DNA of 64,000 bases from Candidatus Gottesmanbacteria bacterium (GTDB taxonomy: Bacteria; Patescibacteriota; Microgenomatia; 2-02-FULL-39-11), in NCBI GenBank assembly GCA_016186795.1, contig JACPKY010000002.1:989892-1053891 (forward strand), in the 5' to 3' direction. The notes beneath the pieces are model-generated. The model did no database searches. It worked only from the letters and a program-made list of their open reading frames with translations, and was not told where the DNA came from. The stretch's first letter is position 1. Each line of letters begins with the position of its first letter. A program made the position numbers and the translations under genes. This document shows positions 28,358 to 38,082 of this stretch, piece after piece.

Positions 28358-29427
28358 TTCTAACGCGTCTTGCCCTTTCTAATTTTCGTCAGTATATAAA
28401 GCGAAATCTCTCTCTTTCTCCAAAGACCACAGTTCTTGTAGGGAGTAATGCTATTGGCAAAACAAACCTTCTGGAATCTATCTATCTACTTTCGTACGGG
28501 AAAAGTTTTCATACGAGTGATGAGCGTGAGATGATTTCCTTTACGAAGGAATTCGCCCGGGTGAAGGGTGAATTCCAAGAGGATGTTACTCTTGAGGTTT
28601 TTCTCACCCGTGGAGAAGTAGAGAAGATCCGGACTCCGTATAAAAAGTTTACAGTCAATGGGGTAGGAAAGCGCCTTGTTGATTTCACAGGGAATCTCAA
28701 GGTGGTTCTGTTCTGGCCATTGGATCTTGATTTGGTGACGGACTCTCCTTCACTTCGACGGAAATATCTCAGTAACGTATTAGTCCAAGTAGATCATGAG
28801 TATCGGAGGTGTCTTTTATCATACGAAAGGGGACTTAGGCAGCGCAATAAAATTCTTGAGAATATCCGGGAAGGGAAAGCATCACAGTCACAACTTCCTT
28901 TCTGGAATCAGTTACTTATTAAAACCGGTTCATACATTACCCAGAAAAGGAGACAGTACATTGACTTTGTGAATACGTTTCACCCTCCCCATGAGGCATT
29001 TCAAGGAATGAGGTATCGACTAGTCTATGATACAAGCGTTATATCCGATGATCGACTAGCAAAATACAAAGATGCAGAGATTGCTTCCGGAGTGACACTC
29101 GTTGGACCACATCGGGATGATGTTATTATCGAGATTACCCTGAAAGAAGCTTCCAATTCATTTAAAAATCTGTCACATTTTGGCAGTCGAGGAGAGCAAA
29201 GACTTGGAGTACTTTTCATAAAAATCGCCGAACTGCAATTTATTCAGGAGCAAACTGGTGTCACGCCTTTATTTCTCCTTGATGATATTTTATCCGAACT
29301 TGATCACAAACACCGACAAATTATCTTTGAGATGACGAAGAATCAACAAACAATCATGACGACAACAGATCTGCATTTTATCGATAAAAAACATCTCTCC
29401 CGTGTTGAGCTTGTTTCTCTTCCATAG
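28354..29427 (+). CDS. recF: DNA replication and repair protein RecF
   Basis: NFR; GSNAIGKTNLLE; GPHRDD; GSRGEQR; LLDDILSELD. Confidence 0.95.
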   Translation: MILTRLALSNFRQYIKRNLSLSPKTTVLVGSNAIGKTNLLESIYLLSYGKSFHTSDEREMISFTKEFARVKGEFQEDVTLEVFLTRGEVEKIRTPYKKFTVNGVGKRLVDFTGNLKVVLFWPLDLDLVTDSPSLRRKYLSNVLVQVDHEYRRCLLSYERGLRQRNKILENIREGKASQSQLPFWNQLLIKTGSYITQKRRQYIDFVNTFHPPHEAFQGMRYRLVYDTSVISDDRLAKYKDAEIASGVTLVGPHRDDVIIEITLKEASNSFKNLSHFGSRGEQRLGVLFIKIAELQFIQEQTGVTPLFLLDDILSELDHKHRQIIFEMTKNQQTIMTTTDLHFIDKKHLSRVELVSLP

Positions 29428-29442
29428 TATGATGGACGAATC

Positions 29443-30387
29443 ATGGAAAATTCTCTCTCAATCTATCTAAAAAGTATCAAAATTCCAGAGAAGTCTTCCC
29501 ATAAAGGTCAAAATGGGAGACTTCTCCTTGTTGGAGGATCTCATCTTTTTCATGCAGCGTCTCTTTGGTCTCTCACGACCGCTTCTCGTATTGTTGATCT
29601 TGTACATTATGCTTCGATAGAGGAGAATAATAAAATTGTTCAGAACCGAAAGGAAGAGTTCCGAAACGGGATTATCATACCTCGTTCGGAGATTGAAAGT
29701 TATATTGATGAAGATGATTGCATTTTAATCGGGCCGGGAATGGTACGTGAAGATCAAAAATCAATCCGCCAGCTGGCGGACAAAAAGCAAAAATACATAT
29801 CAAAAATTAAAAATTTAAAGGAAGTTAATCAGATTCAAGATGAAGGAGTACTAACTTATTACTTGACGAAATATTTGCTTGAGAAATATCCTCATAAAAA
29901 ATGGGTGATCGATGCCGGATCATTGCAGATGATGGAGCTTTCTTGGATTCCCAAAAACGCAATTTTGACCCCACACCGTAAAGAATTCGAGATGCTCAAG
30001 TTCAAAGTTCAAAGTGAAAAGTTAAAAGTCTTCCTTAAAACGAAAAAATTAGATGAGCAGTTAAAATTATTTGCAAAGGAATATAACTGCATTATTTTAT
30101 TGAAAGGCGAAGTTGATTACATAGCTTCACCGACACAATTTGAGAAAATAGAAGGTGGTAATGCCGGAATGACCAAAGGAGGGACAGGGGATGTTTTGGC
30201 TGGGCTTGTGGCAGCATTGTATTGTAAAAACGATGCATTTTCCTCCGCAGTGGTTGCTTCCTACATAAACAAAAAAGCCGGGGATGATCTATTCAAAACT
30301 CATGGGTATTGGTTTAATGCTTCGGACCTTTCAAATCAAATACCCAAAACAATGAAAGAGGTTTTTGAGAGGACGTCTCCTAAATAA
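29443..30387 (+). CDS. nnrD: NAD(P)H-hydrate dehydratase (YjeF C-terminal)
   Basis: SHKGQNGRLLLVGGS; IGPG; IDAG; LTPHRKEF; GGTGDVLAG. Confidence 0.85.
   Translation: MENSLSIYLKSIKIPEKSSHKGQNGRLLLVGGSHLFHAASLWSLTTASRIVDLVHYASIEENNKIVQNRKEEFRNGIIIPRSEIESYIDEDDCILIGPGMVREDQKSIRQLADKKQKYISKIKNLKEVNQIQDEGVLTYYLTKYLLEKYPHKKWVIDAGSLQMMELSWIPKNAILTPHRKEFEMLKFKVQSEKLKVFLKTKKLDEQLKLFAKEYNCIILLKGEVDYIASPTQFEKIEGGNAGMTKGGTGDVLAGLVAALYCKNDAFSSAVVASYINKKAGDDLFKTHGYWFNASDLSNQIPKTMKEVFERTSPK
29765..29780. repeat. 16-bp palindrome, copy 2 (in nnrD)
   Basis: aaaaatcaa-TCCGCCAGCTGGCGGA-caaaaag; reads IRQLAD. Confidence 0.85.
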
Positions 30388-31816
30388 CAATTTTTACCAT
30401 TCCTTTGGTTGCATCAACTTCAACCATTTGCCCGTTGTTAAGTACTTTTGTTGCATTACCTGTACCAACGATGCACGGAATCCCAAATTCTCGAGAAACA
30501 ATGGCAGCGTGACTGGTAATTCCTCCTTCATCGGTCACAATTGCCGCAGCTTTTCTCATAGCAGAAACGTAGTCGGGGTGAGTGGAGGGCGCAACGAGAA
30601 TATTTCCAGTTTTTACTTTCTTTATATCTTTTACCCCTTTCACAATTCGTACTACTCCCCGGGCAATACCGCTTGAAGCAACTTGCCCTTTTATTTCTTC
30701 CGTTTGGTCTGAATTATCGGTCAAGTGGAACATACTAAGAGCTATTTTTACGTCTTTGCCGGCAAGACAAACAAGATTTTTGTGCACATCGAGGTAAGAA
30801 ACGAACCCCTTCTTTCTATTTCGAACAAGTTTTTGTGATATTGTCCGGTGACCATCAAGAAATGTGCTGATATCTGAAATTTGGAGAAAGCTACTATCTT
30901 TTGGGTGTATTTTCATCCTCCGTGCTATTTCTCCGAAAAAGGAAAGAGCGTAGAAGACTCCTTGACGTCTGAAGTCGTCTCGGACATCTTTTATGTAGAC
31001 GAACCGTTTTGCGGCAAAAAGATAGGAGAGATCATTCTTTTTAATATGGAGTTTCTTGGCATAAAAAGAGAAAAGTTTAATTTTCTTTTTATTTATAGGC
31101 GGAAGTTGCACGATATATCTTTGAAATTCTGATCTCGTCCAAGGACTATTGTGAAGATCCAAACATGAGAGCCATTTATATTTCTCATAAAGAGTCGTAA
31201 ATACATTACTTTTGAAATTTCCCTGTAGTTTGTTTCCCGCATATTGAAGTCTGAGTGCAGTTGAGGGAAAGTCAGGTGTAAAAAGTGAATCGAGAATATC
31301 CTGACGGCTGTTTTGATTATTCTGTTTTTGATACCTATCGAGAATAGATGTAGCTTCCTCTGAGATGAAATTATTGATGATAAAAGATGTCCACGCATAG
31401 ACGGAATACTCAAAAAGCTTTGTTTGGTATTGTTGGTAAAGCCTTTTAAGCTGTTTATCTGTTTTAGATTTTAGATTGAGATTTGCTAGAGTTTTACAGA
31501 ATCGGACATATTCTTTTCCCAAGCGGATTAACTCTCTCTCATAACGAATAAGTTTTTTCAGATTTTTGGTGTATTTTGCATTTAAAGACTCAACGACATC
31601 ACGCCAGGCAGTTTCATCGATATAGAATGCAGTATTTGGTCCTTCTGGGATGACAACCTGGTCAATTGAAGGTTTTGGGATATGGGTTTTGATAAGGTTT
31701 GAAAGACAAAGAATTGCACCTTCCGAGTACTGCACGCCATAGTCTCTGACATATATTTTTTTCCAAGAGATTGAGGGAAGCTTCTTTTGGAAAATAGGTG
31801 TAGGAATATTTTTCAT
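30380..31816 (-). CDS. PEP-utilizing mobile (phospho-His) domain protein without ATP-grasp domain
   Basis: C-terminal KGQVAS.G.ARG; ILVAPSTHP; IVTDEGGITSHAAIVSREFGIPC. Confidence 0.85.
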   Translation of the reverse strand: MKNIPTPIFQKKLPSISWKKIYVRDYGVQYSEGAILCLSNLIKTHIPKPSIDQVVIPEGPNTAFYIDETAWRDVVESLNAKYTKNLKKLIRYERELIRLGKEYVRFCKTLANLNLKSKTDKQLKRLYQQYQTKLFEYSVYAWTSFIINNFISEEATSILDRYQKQNNQNSRQDILDSLFTPDFPSTALRLQYAGNKLQGNFKSNVFTTLYEKYKWLSCLDLHNSPWTRSEFQRYIVQLPPINKKKIKLFSFYAKKLHIKKNDLSYLFAAKRFVYIKDVRDDFRRQGVFYALSFFGEIARRMKIHPKDSSFLQISDISTFLDGHRTISQKLVRNRKKGFVSYLDVHKNLVCLAGKDVKIALSMFHLTDNSDQTEEIKGQVASSGIARGVVRIVKGVKDIKKVKTGNILVAPSTHPDYVSAMRKAAAIVTDEGGITSHAAIVSREFGIPCIVGTGNATKVLNNGQMVEVDATKGMVKIVI

Positions 31817-31819
31817 TTC

Positions 31820-32398
31820 TTATTCCCTAAAAATTGGCTCTTTTGAGAGTCCGAGTTCCTTCCGGACATTTTTTATGCGATTGACGTATTCCCGAAAGAT
31901 CTCATCCTTCTTGTGAAGACGATAAAAACCCTCTGCACCTGCATAGAGAGAACATTCAAAGACGTCGGCATCTTTGGCAAGCTCAACATACGGTTTTTCC
32001 GTATATACCTGTTTGTCGCTGTGACTTGCTATTGCTTCGGTGATCGTTTGTATTTCATCGAATGGAAAAGAATGAGATTTTATTAGTATGTCTTTTGCCA
32101 TTTCAGCACCCAATCTAGCATGGTTAGCATATTTACCCGTCACGATAGCATAAATATCATGGAGAACGCAGATAATCTCAGTAATTTCCACGTCAAGACC
32201 GCGCTTAATAGCAAGGATTCGTCCTATTTGAACAGTTCCTGCATGATGTTTTAACTCCCAAACAACGGAGTTTTCTCTTTTGTCGTCCGGAATTTTACTC
32301 TCCAAGATCATTTTCGTAACCAGGCGTTGGATCTTTTCAGAACGAGAGAGAGTACTTCCTTTGAAGTGATGGTAGTCTTTGAGCATAGGGCTTTTCAA
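31820..32398 (-). CDS. HD-domain phosphohydrolase
   Basis: KHH..; VLHDI; NHA..GA; IASHS; DAD. Confidence 0.8.
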   Translation of the reverse strand: MKSPMLKDYHHFKGSTLSRSEKIQRLVTKMILESKIPDDKRENSVVWELKHHAGTVQIGRILAIKRGLDVEITEIICVLHDIYAIVTGKYANHARLGAEMAKDILIKSHSFPFDEIQTITEAIASHSDKQVYTEKPYVELAKDADVFECSLYAGAEGFYRLHKKDEIFREYVNRIKNVRKELGLSKEPIFRE

Positions 32399-32844
32399 AG
32401 AAATATCTTATACCCTTCTGGCCCATAGAGTTCTTCATTGAAAAATTTTGTCCGAGACGGAGAAATGCGATAAATTTTACCTTTGATCTTACCGGTTTTC
32501 ATACTTTGGTAATTGATAACATTTTCAAATCCAGGATTTTTTGTATTCCAGAGCTTGAGGGCGTGTTTGATTTCTTTTTCCTCTGTAACTTCGTTGGCAT
32601 TTCCTTCGATTTGCACTCCCTTCTTTTTGTCTGCTACTCTTTGATGTGAGTCAAAAATTGCAACAGCAACAGATGTATTGCCAGAAATATTTTTGCAATG
32701 TTTCGACTTCGGTTCGCTGATAAAATATAAATCTCCTGAAGCATCTTCTGCATAAAATACAGTACAGATATATGGTTTTTTCGATACAGTCGCAAGATTT
32801 AATAGCCTCTGTGTTTTGAGGAAATTTAAAATATCTTTTTTCAT
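32395..32844 (-). CDS. pyridoxamine-5'-phosphate-oxidase-like FMN-binding split barrel
   Basis: LNLAT..P...VFY; LYFIS..S.H..NI..N..VAVAI; GVQIEG. Confidence 0.8.
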   Translation of the reverse strand: MKKDILNFLKTQRLLNLATVSKKPYICTVFYAEDASGDLYFISEPKSKHCKNISGNTSVAVAIFDSHQRVADKKKGVQIEGNANEVTEEKEIKHALKLWNTKNPGFENVINYQSMKTGKIKGKIYRISPSRTKFFNEELYGPEGYKIFL

Positions 32845-33581
32845 ATAGTTGTCATATACCCGCCATCTACAACCAATATCTGTCCGGTAACATTTTTTGC
32901 TCCCGCAAGGTAGAGCATGACATCAGCAATTTCTCCTGGCATGATCCATCGCCTAGAAAGCGTTGTTGCCAGAAGATTTTTTTCTTCTTTTTGAGATTGT
33001 TTATCCCAGAAGCGCGTTTTCGTGAATCCAGGTGCAACGGCATTGACTGTAATATTTGGTGCGAGAATCTTAGCAAGTGCTTTCGTGAAACCCGTTACTG
33101 CAGAGCGAGCCGAGGTAAACGTAAGAATACTGGTACATCCAGTCAGTCCACAGATTGAAGAAACATTGATAATTGATCCTGATTTTCTTTTCTTCATTAA
33201 TTTTGCTGCTTCCTGACTGCAGTAAACCATACTGAAAAAATTTTCCTCAAATTCTTTGATCAAGTCTCTTCGGGTAATATCAAAAAATGGTTTTGGGGTA
33301 GCTAAACCCGCATTGTTAATAAGAATGTCAATCGTTCCAAAATATTCCTCTGACTCTTGGAATAACCGCTTTACTTGATTTGGATCAGAAACGTCTGCTT
33401 TTATACAGAGCGCATTTCGGCCCATTTGTTTTATCTGCTTTGCAACTTTTTCACCTTCACCGACGTCTGTTCTGCAGTTTATAACAACATTTGCACCTTC
33501 TATTGCAAATTTTATCGCTGCCTCTTTCCCGATTCCACTTGATGATCCAGTGATAAGAACAACGTGATCATTATATTTCAT
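32841..33581 (-). CDS. short-chain dehydrogenase/reductase, atypical active site
   Basis: ITGSSSGIG; NNAG; FTSAR in place of YxxxK; VAPG; VDGG. Confidence 0.85.
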   Translation of the reverse strand: MKYNDHVVLITGSSSGIGKEAAIKFAIEGANVVINCRTDVGEGEKVAKQIKQMGRNALCIKADVSDPNQVKRLFQESEEYFGTIDILINNAGLATPKPFFDITRRDLIKEFEENFFSMVYCSQEAAKLMKKRKSGSIINVSSICGLTGCTSILTFTSARSAVTGFTKALAKILAPNITVNAVAPGFTKTRFWDKQSQKEEKNLLATTLSRRWIMPGEIADVMLYLAGAKNVTGQILVVDGGYMTTI

Positions 33582-33583
33582 GA

Positions 33584-33847
33584 TTAGTTATTCACTTTTT
33601 CAGCGATTTTGCTGAGTTGATAGGTAATGGTAACGGCAAGGACAGTAATAAGAATGGCATAGATAAAAAGTGAAATAATCCCGCTTCCTATTGAAAGATA
33701 CTCTTTTATGTAATTATTTACTAGTTCTTGAATGACATTATTCCACGCAAGAGCTGCAACAAGTCCAAAACCAGAAGTTGCCAGCGTGATCATTTGTTTA
33801 ATGACTGCTTTATGGAGAGCTTTTTTCTTTTTTTGTTGTAGCGACAT
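33584..33847 (-). CDS. small 2-TM protein (DUF5654-like)
   Basis: TSGFGLVAALAWN motif. Confidence 0.75.
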   Translation of the reverse strand: MSLQQKKKKALHKAVIKQMITLATSGFGLVAALAWNNVIQELVNNYIKEYLSIGSGIISLFIYAILITVLAVTITYQLSKIAEKVNN

Positions 33848-33927
33848 ATGGATAATAATAGCAACGTGAGGCTGAAAGTCAATCTCGGAGTGTTTGCTAA
33901 GGATGGGGAGTGTGAGATAATAATGCC

Positions 33928-34977
33928 ATGTTTTCTCCAAAATATTCAATAAGTAATAGAATTCTCAAAAACATTGGAGTCGTTGAAGCATCTCGTGAAG
34001 TTATTCTCAATGCTCCGCTTCTTCCTGCGTACGAGAAAAAATTCCGTGAGGAAGCAATTGTCCGAACCGTCCACCATGGCACGCATATCGAAGGGAATGA
34101 ACTAAATTTCACTGAGGCTGCTCAGGTTCTTAAAGGGAATGAAATTGTTGGAAGAGATAGAGACATTCAGGAGGTTCTAAACTACAGAAACGTATTGCGA
34201 TACCTCGATTTTATTGGACAAGGTGCGGAAACTGAAGGAAAAATTACAGAAAATGTGGTTGAAAAAGTTCACGCATTCGTTGTTGAAAAACTTTTGCCAA
34301 TCGAACAATGCGGTTCTTATCGGAAAACGCAAGTAGTTGTGAAAAATTCCATTACAGGAGAGATAACATTTCGTCCACCACCTGCAATTGAAGTTCCCTA
34401 TCAAGTAGAAGAGTTTTTATCTTGGTTAAATGCCCTGGAAAAAGATGAACTCCACCCAGTCTTAAAAGCAGGAATAACACACTATGAGCTCGTTCGTATC
34501 CATCCATTCGTTGACGGGAATGGCCGGATGGCAAGAGCTGTTGCAACACTTGTCCTATTCCTTGAAAACTATGACATCAAGAAGTTTTTTTCACTTGAGG
34601 AGTACTACGATCGAGATGCAGTTCATTACTACGATGCCCTCAAGTCAGCATCTGGTGGAGAGTTGACAAAGTGGCTTGAGTATTTCACCCAAGGACTTTC
34701 GATTGAATTGACTCGGATTAAAGAAAAAATCCTCAAACTTTCAACAGATGTGCAACTGAAAGAGAAGCTCGGTGGGAAACAGGTCTTTCTTACAGAGCGT
34801 CAGATTGGTATTATGGAGTATATTCAGCGTGTCGGGTACTTACAGAATCAAAGCTTTCCAGATTTATTTCCGAAAATTTCTGAAGACACCATCCTTCGGG
34901 ATCTCAAAGATCTGATGGACAAAGGGATTATCAAAAAAGTAGGAAAGACGAAGGCGGCACGGTATACGCTCGGATAA
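33928..34977 (+). CDS. Fic-family protein with C-terminal HTH
   Basis: THIEGN; HPFVDGNGRMAR; TILRDLKDL. Confidence 0.9.
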   Translation: MFSPKYSISNRILKNIGVVEASREVILNAPLLPAYEKKFREEAIVRTVHHGTHIEGNELNFTEAAQVLKGNEIVGRDRDIQEVLNYRNVLRYLDFIGQGAETEGKITENVVEKVHAFVVEKLLPIEQCGSYRKTQVVVKNSITGEITFRPPPAIEVPYQVEEFLSWLNALEKDELHPVLKAGITHYELVRIHPFVDGNGRMARAVATLVLFLENYDIKKFFSLEEYYDRDAVHYYDALKSASGGELTKWLEYFTQGLSIELTRIKEKILKLSTDVQLKEKLGGKQVFLTERQIGIMEYIQRVGYLQNQSFPDLFPKISEDTILRDLKDLMDKGIIKKVGKTKAARYTLG

Positions 34978-34981
34978 TAGT

Positions 34982-35596
34982 ATGACGGCGAAACCATTTA
35001 CAGAAAGACATATCGATGAATTCGTGGGAAGGTTTTTCAATCCCGATGCGGTACCCACTCCAAGATCAGGATTTCAGTACGGACAAAATCCTTTTGCTTC
35101 TTACCTTCCGATGTTTGAAACATTTCAGCCAGAAACAGGAAGTTTTGTTTCCACAGGTAGTGATTTTTTACTAAGAAATGTTATGCCTCTTTCCATGATA
35201 CGTTTCAGCACCAATTCGGGAAGTATATATACCTCAAAAGTAATTGAAGTAGGAGAAAATGGTATTGGTGTTATTGGTGTGGTCCGGAACGATTTAATTC
35301 CCACTCACGGTTCCTCTTCCCAATTTTATGTAGGATGGCTTATCCACCTAACTGTAGGAGATCCTGCACATTGGAGTGAATATGCAGATGCTCCAGATTA
35401 TAAAGAATTTGGAAATGTTACCTATGTAAATCCACAGACAGTTCGGGAAAGGATTGAGAAAAAGATAGACGATCTCTATACCCAGTATGGGGAGTCATGG
35501 GTAGAAAAGAGTGCTACAGATATTCCGAATAATCCAATGAATTCTGAAGTGCATATTTTTGATACTCATCCGGTTTTACATATTGAGGTCGAATAA
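34982..35596 (+). CDS. hypothetical protein
   Basis: 204-aa ORF packed between fic and lig. Confidence 0.55.
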   Translation: MTAKPFTERHIDEFVGRFFNPDAVPTPRSGFQYGQNPFASYLPMFETFQPETGSFVSTGSDFLLRNVMPLSMIRFSTNSGSIYTSKVIEVGENGIGVIGVVRNDLIPTHGSSSQFYVGWLIHLTVGDPAHWSEYADAPDYKEFGNVTYVNPQTVRERIEKKIDDLYTQYGESWVEKSATDIPNNPMNSEVHIFDTHPVLHIEVE

Positions 35597-35602
35597 GCAT
35601 TT

Positions 35603-37372
35603 ATGACGTTTAAACACTTATCAGAATATTTCCAACAACTTGAAAAGACAACTCTCCGAAACAAGATGGTGGAGATTTTAGCCTCTCTTTTTAAGGAAGC
35701 AAATCCTGCAGAAATTGGGAAACTTTGTTACTTGTTGCAAGGAAGAGTCGCAGCTTTGTATACAGCAGTTGAGTTTGGTGTTGCGGACAAAATGATGATT
35801 CGAGCTATATCTCAAGGTTTAGAGATTGATCAGAAAGATGTCGTTACCGAGTTTAAGAAGGAAGGAGATTTAGGAACGACTGCAGAGAAATTGAGAGTAA
35901 GGAACAAAAGAAAAGGAACACGAAATACCATTACGATTTCTGAAGTATTTACTGATTTATATAAAGTAGCTTCGTCAACAGGAGATGGGTCTCAGGAACA
36001 AAAAGTAACTATCCTTGCAGGTCTTATACGATCAGTTGACCCCTTGTCTGTTCGCTATGTTGTCAGGATTACTCTCGGGAAACTTCGCTTAGGCTTTTCG
36101 GATATGACAATGCTTGACGGATTTTCCTGGATGGAGAAGGGGGATAAGAGTGGAAAAGAGACAATTGAGAAAGCCTACAATGTCCGGCCAGATTTAGCAT
36201 ACATAGGAGAAACAATTAAGAAATATGGGATAAAAGGCCTTCATGGAGTTCCGAAACCGGGAATTCCTATTCTCATGGCAAGGGCAAACAGGCTTTCCTC
36301 TGCAGAGGATATACTTCTCAAAATTGGCAGGTGTGCTGTGGAATACAAATACGATGGATTGAGATTGCAAGTTCACAAAGATGGAAAAATGCTCAAAATG
36401 TTCTCCCGAAATCTAGAAGATGTAACGTCAAGTTTTCCCGATATTGCCAAAGCAGTTCGCGTTCAGGTACATGTTGACTCAATTATTTTTGAGGGTGAGG
36501 TAGTTGCGTACAATCCAAAAAATGGTGTATTTGTCCCATTTCAAGAGACGATGCAAAGGAAGAGAAAGTACGATATTGAGAAGAAGGCTCTTGAGATTCC
36601 AGTGAAACTTTTTGTCTTCGAGCTTCTTTTTTGCAACGGGAAAAGTTTTTTAGGCAGTCCTTATTTTGAACGGAAAAAGAAACTGAAGGAGGTAATCCAA
36701 AAAGGAAATACAATTGTATACGCCCAGGAACATATTGTTTCAAAAGAGGCACAAATTGATGAAATCTTTGACGATTCAGTGGAAAAGAATTTTGAAGGGA
36801 TTATAGCCAAAAAGTTAGAAGGTCTTTATGAAGCGGGAGTCCGCGGATGGAATTGGATAAAGTACAAAAAGGCAATGAATAAGAAACTTACCGATACCGT
36901 CGATGTACTTGTCATGGGATACACAAAAGGGGAGGGGAAACGGACGTCATTTGGAGTTGGACAATTTCTTGGAGGATTATACGATGAGAAGCGTGATATG
37001 TTTGTGACGGTTTCAAAAATAGGAACAGGACTAACAGATGAGCAATTCCGAGATTTTTTTACAAGAGTAAAAAAACTTCATGCAAAAGAAAAACCACCTC
37101 TTTACGATGTTGATAAGCTACTTGAACCAGACGTATGGTTGGAGCCATCTCTTGTTGTTGAAATCGCCTGTGATGAAATTACCCGTTCTGCCGTTCATAC
37201 AGCCGGAAGAGTAATGAAGCCCTCTAAATCGGGAAAAGCCTTCGCAGTAGATATTCCCGGGTATGCGCTTCGCTTCCCTCGATTGGTTAGGTTTCGTGAT
37301 GACAGAAGACCTCAAGATGCAACGACCGTTAAGGAAGTAATGAAAATGTATGGGGCGCAAGGAAAAAAATGA
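35603..37372 (+). CDS. lig: ATP-dependent DNA ligase (archaeal/eukaryote-like architecture)
   Basis: N-terminal DBD; EYKYDGLR; EGIIAK; WIKYK; LRFPR. Confidence 0.93.
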   Translation: MTFKHLSEYFQQLEKTTLRNKMVEILASLFKEANPAEIGKLCYLLQGRVAALYTAVEFGVADKMMIRAISQGLEIDQKDVVTEFKKEGDLGTTAEKLRVRNKRKGTRNTITISEVFTDLYKVASSTGDGSQEQKVTILAGLIRSVDPLSVRYVVRITLGKLRLGFSDMTMLDGFSWMEKGDKSGKETIEKAYNVRPDLAYIGETIKKYGIKGLHGVPKPGIPILMARANRLSSAEDILLKIGRCAVEYKYDGLRLQVHKDGKMLKMFSRNLEDVTSSFPDIAKAVRVQVHVDSIIFEGEVVAYNPKNGVFVPFQETMQRKRKYDIEKKALEIPVKLFVFELLFCNGKSFLGSPYFERKKKLKEVIQKGNTIVYAQEHIVSKEAQIDEIFDDSVEKNFEGIIAKKLEGLYEAGVRGWNWIKYKKAMNKKLTDTVDVLVMGYTKGEGKRTSFGVGQFLGGLYDEKRDMFVTVSKIGTGLTDEQFRDFFTRVKKLHAKEKPPLYDVDKLLEPDVWLEPSLVVEIACDEITRSAVHTAGRVMKPSKSGKAFAVDIPGYALRFPRLVRFRDDRRPQDATTVKEVMKMYGAQGKK

Positions 37373-38073
37373 AGGTTTCCATCATCATTCCAGCTTTCAA
37401 TGAGGAAAAGTATATCGGCAAAACTCTTACGTCGATAAGAAATCTCCGAAGAGACGGGTTGGACGTTGAAGTGGTCGTTGTCGATGCTCACTCGACGGAT
37501 AAAACGGCCGCTATCGCGAAAGAATTTGGAGCACGGATTGTCAATGAGCCACACCTGGGTATCGGGTTTGCCAGACAGCAGGGTATTCTCCATGCCGGAG
37601 GTGACATTGTTGCTTTCACCGACGCAGATACGACAGTCGGAAAAGATTGGCTCATGCAGCATGTTTCTGCACTCCAAAAACCCAATGTTGCATTGACATT
37701 TGGGATGTTCCGGGTCGTTGATGGAAGATTTCCCTATTACCACTATATTAATTACATCCAGCCCCTCATCTATGCATTTTTGTATTACTTTGCGAAAGTT
37801 CCAATTGCATCCGGACAAAATTTAGCATTTTGGCGAAAGAAAGCACTCTCTATTGGTGGGTTTAACGACCATATTGAAGTGATGGAAGATATTGATTTAG
37901 CAGTACGGATGACAAAAATTGGAAAAGTAGTATATTTACCACACTGTACAGTTTACTCATCCGGAAGACGGTCACATGAAGGATGGCAATTTTTTACCCG
38001 CGCAACACGTGCTTCAATTCTCTATTTTTTCTTCAAAAAGAGAAATCTCGAGAAATTTCCCACGTATCGTTAG
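37369..38073 (+). CDS. glycosyltransferase family 2
   Basis: SIIIPAFNEE; VVDAHSTD; FTDAD; MEDIDL. Confidence 0.9.
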   Translation: MKVSIIIPAFNEEKYIGKTLTSIRNLRRDGLDVEVVVVDAHSTDKTAAIAKEFGARIVNEPHLGIGFARQQGILHAGGDIVAFTDADTTVGKDWLMQHVSALQKPNVALTFGMFRVVDGRFPYYHYINYIQPLIYAFLYYFAKVPIASGQNLAFWRKKALSIGGFNDHIEVMEDIDLAVRMTKIGKVVYLPHCTVYSSGRRSHEGWQFFTRATRASILYFFFKKRNLEKFPTYR

Positions 38074-38082
38074 TCTCCTTAG

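Noticed and set aside
33928-34977. Fic protein as part of a toxin-antitoxin or defence island
   Set aside because: Common Fic-HTH architecture among housekeeping genes; no antitoxin or mobility evidence
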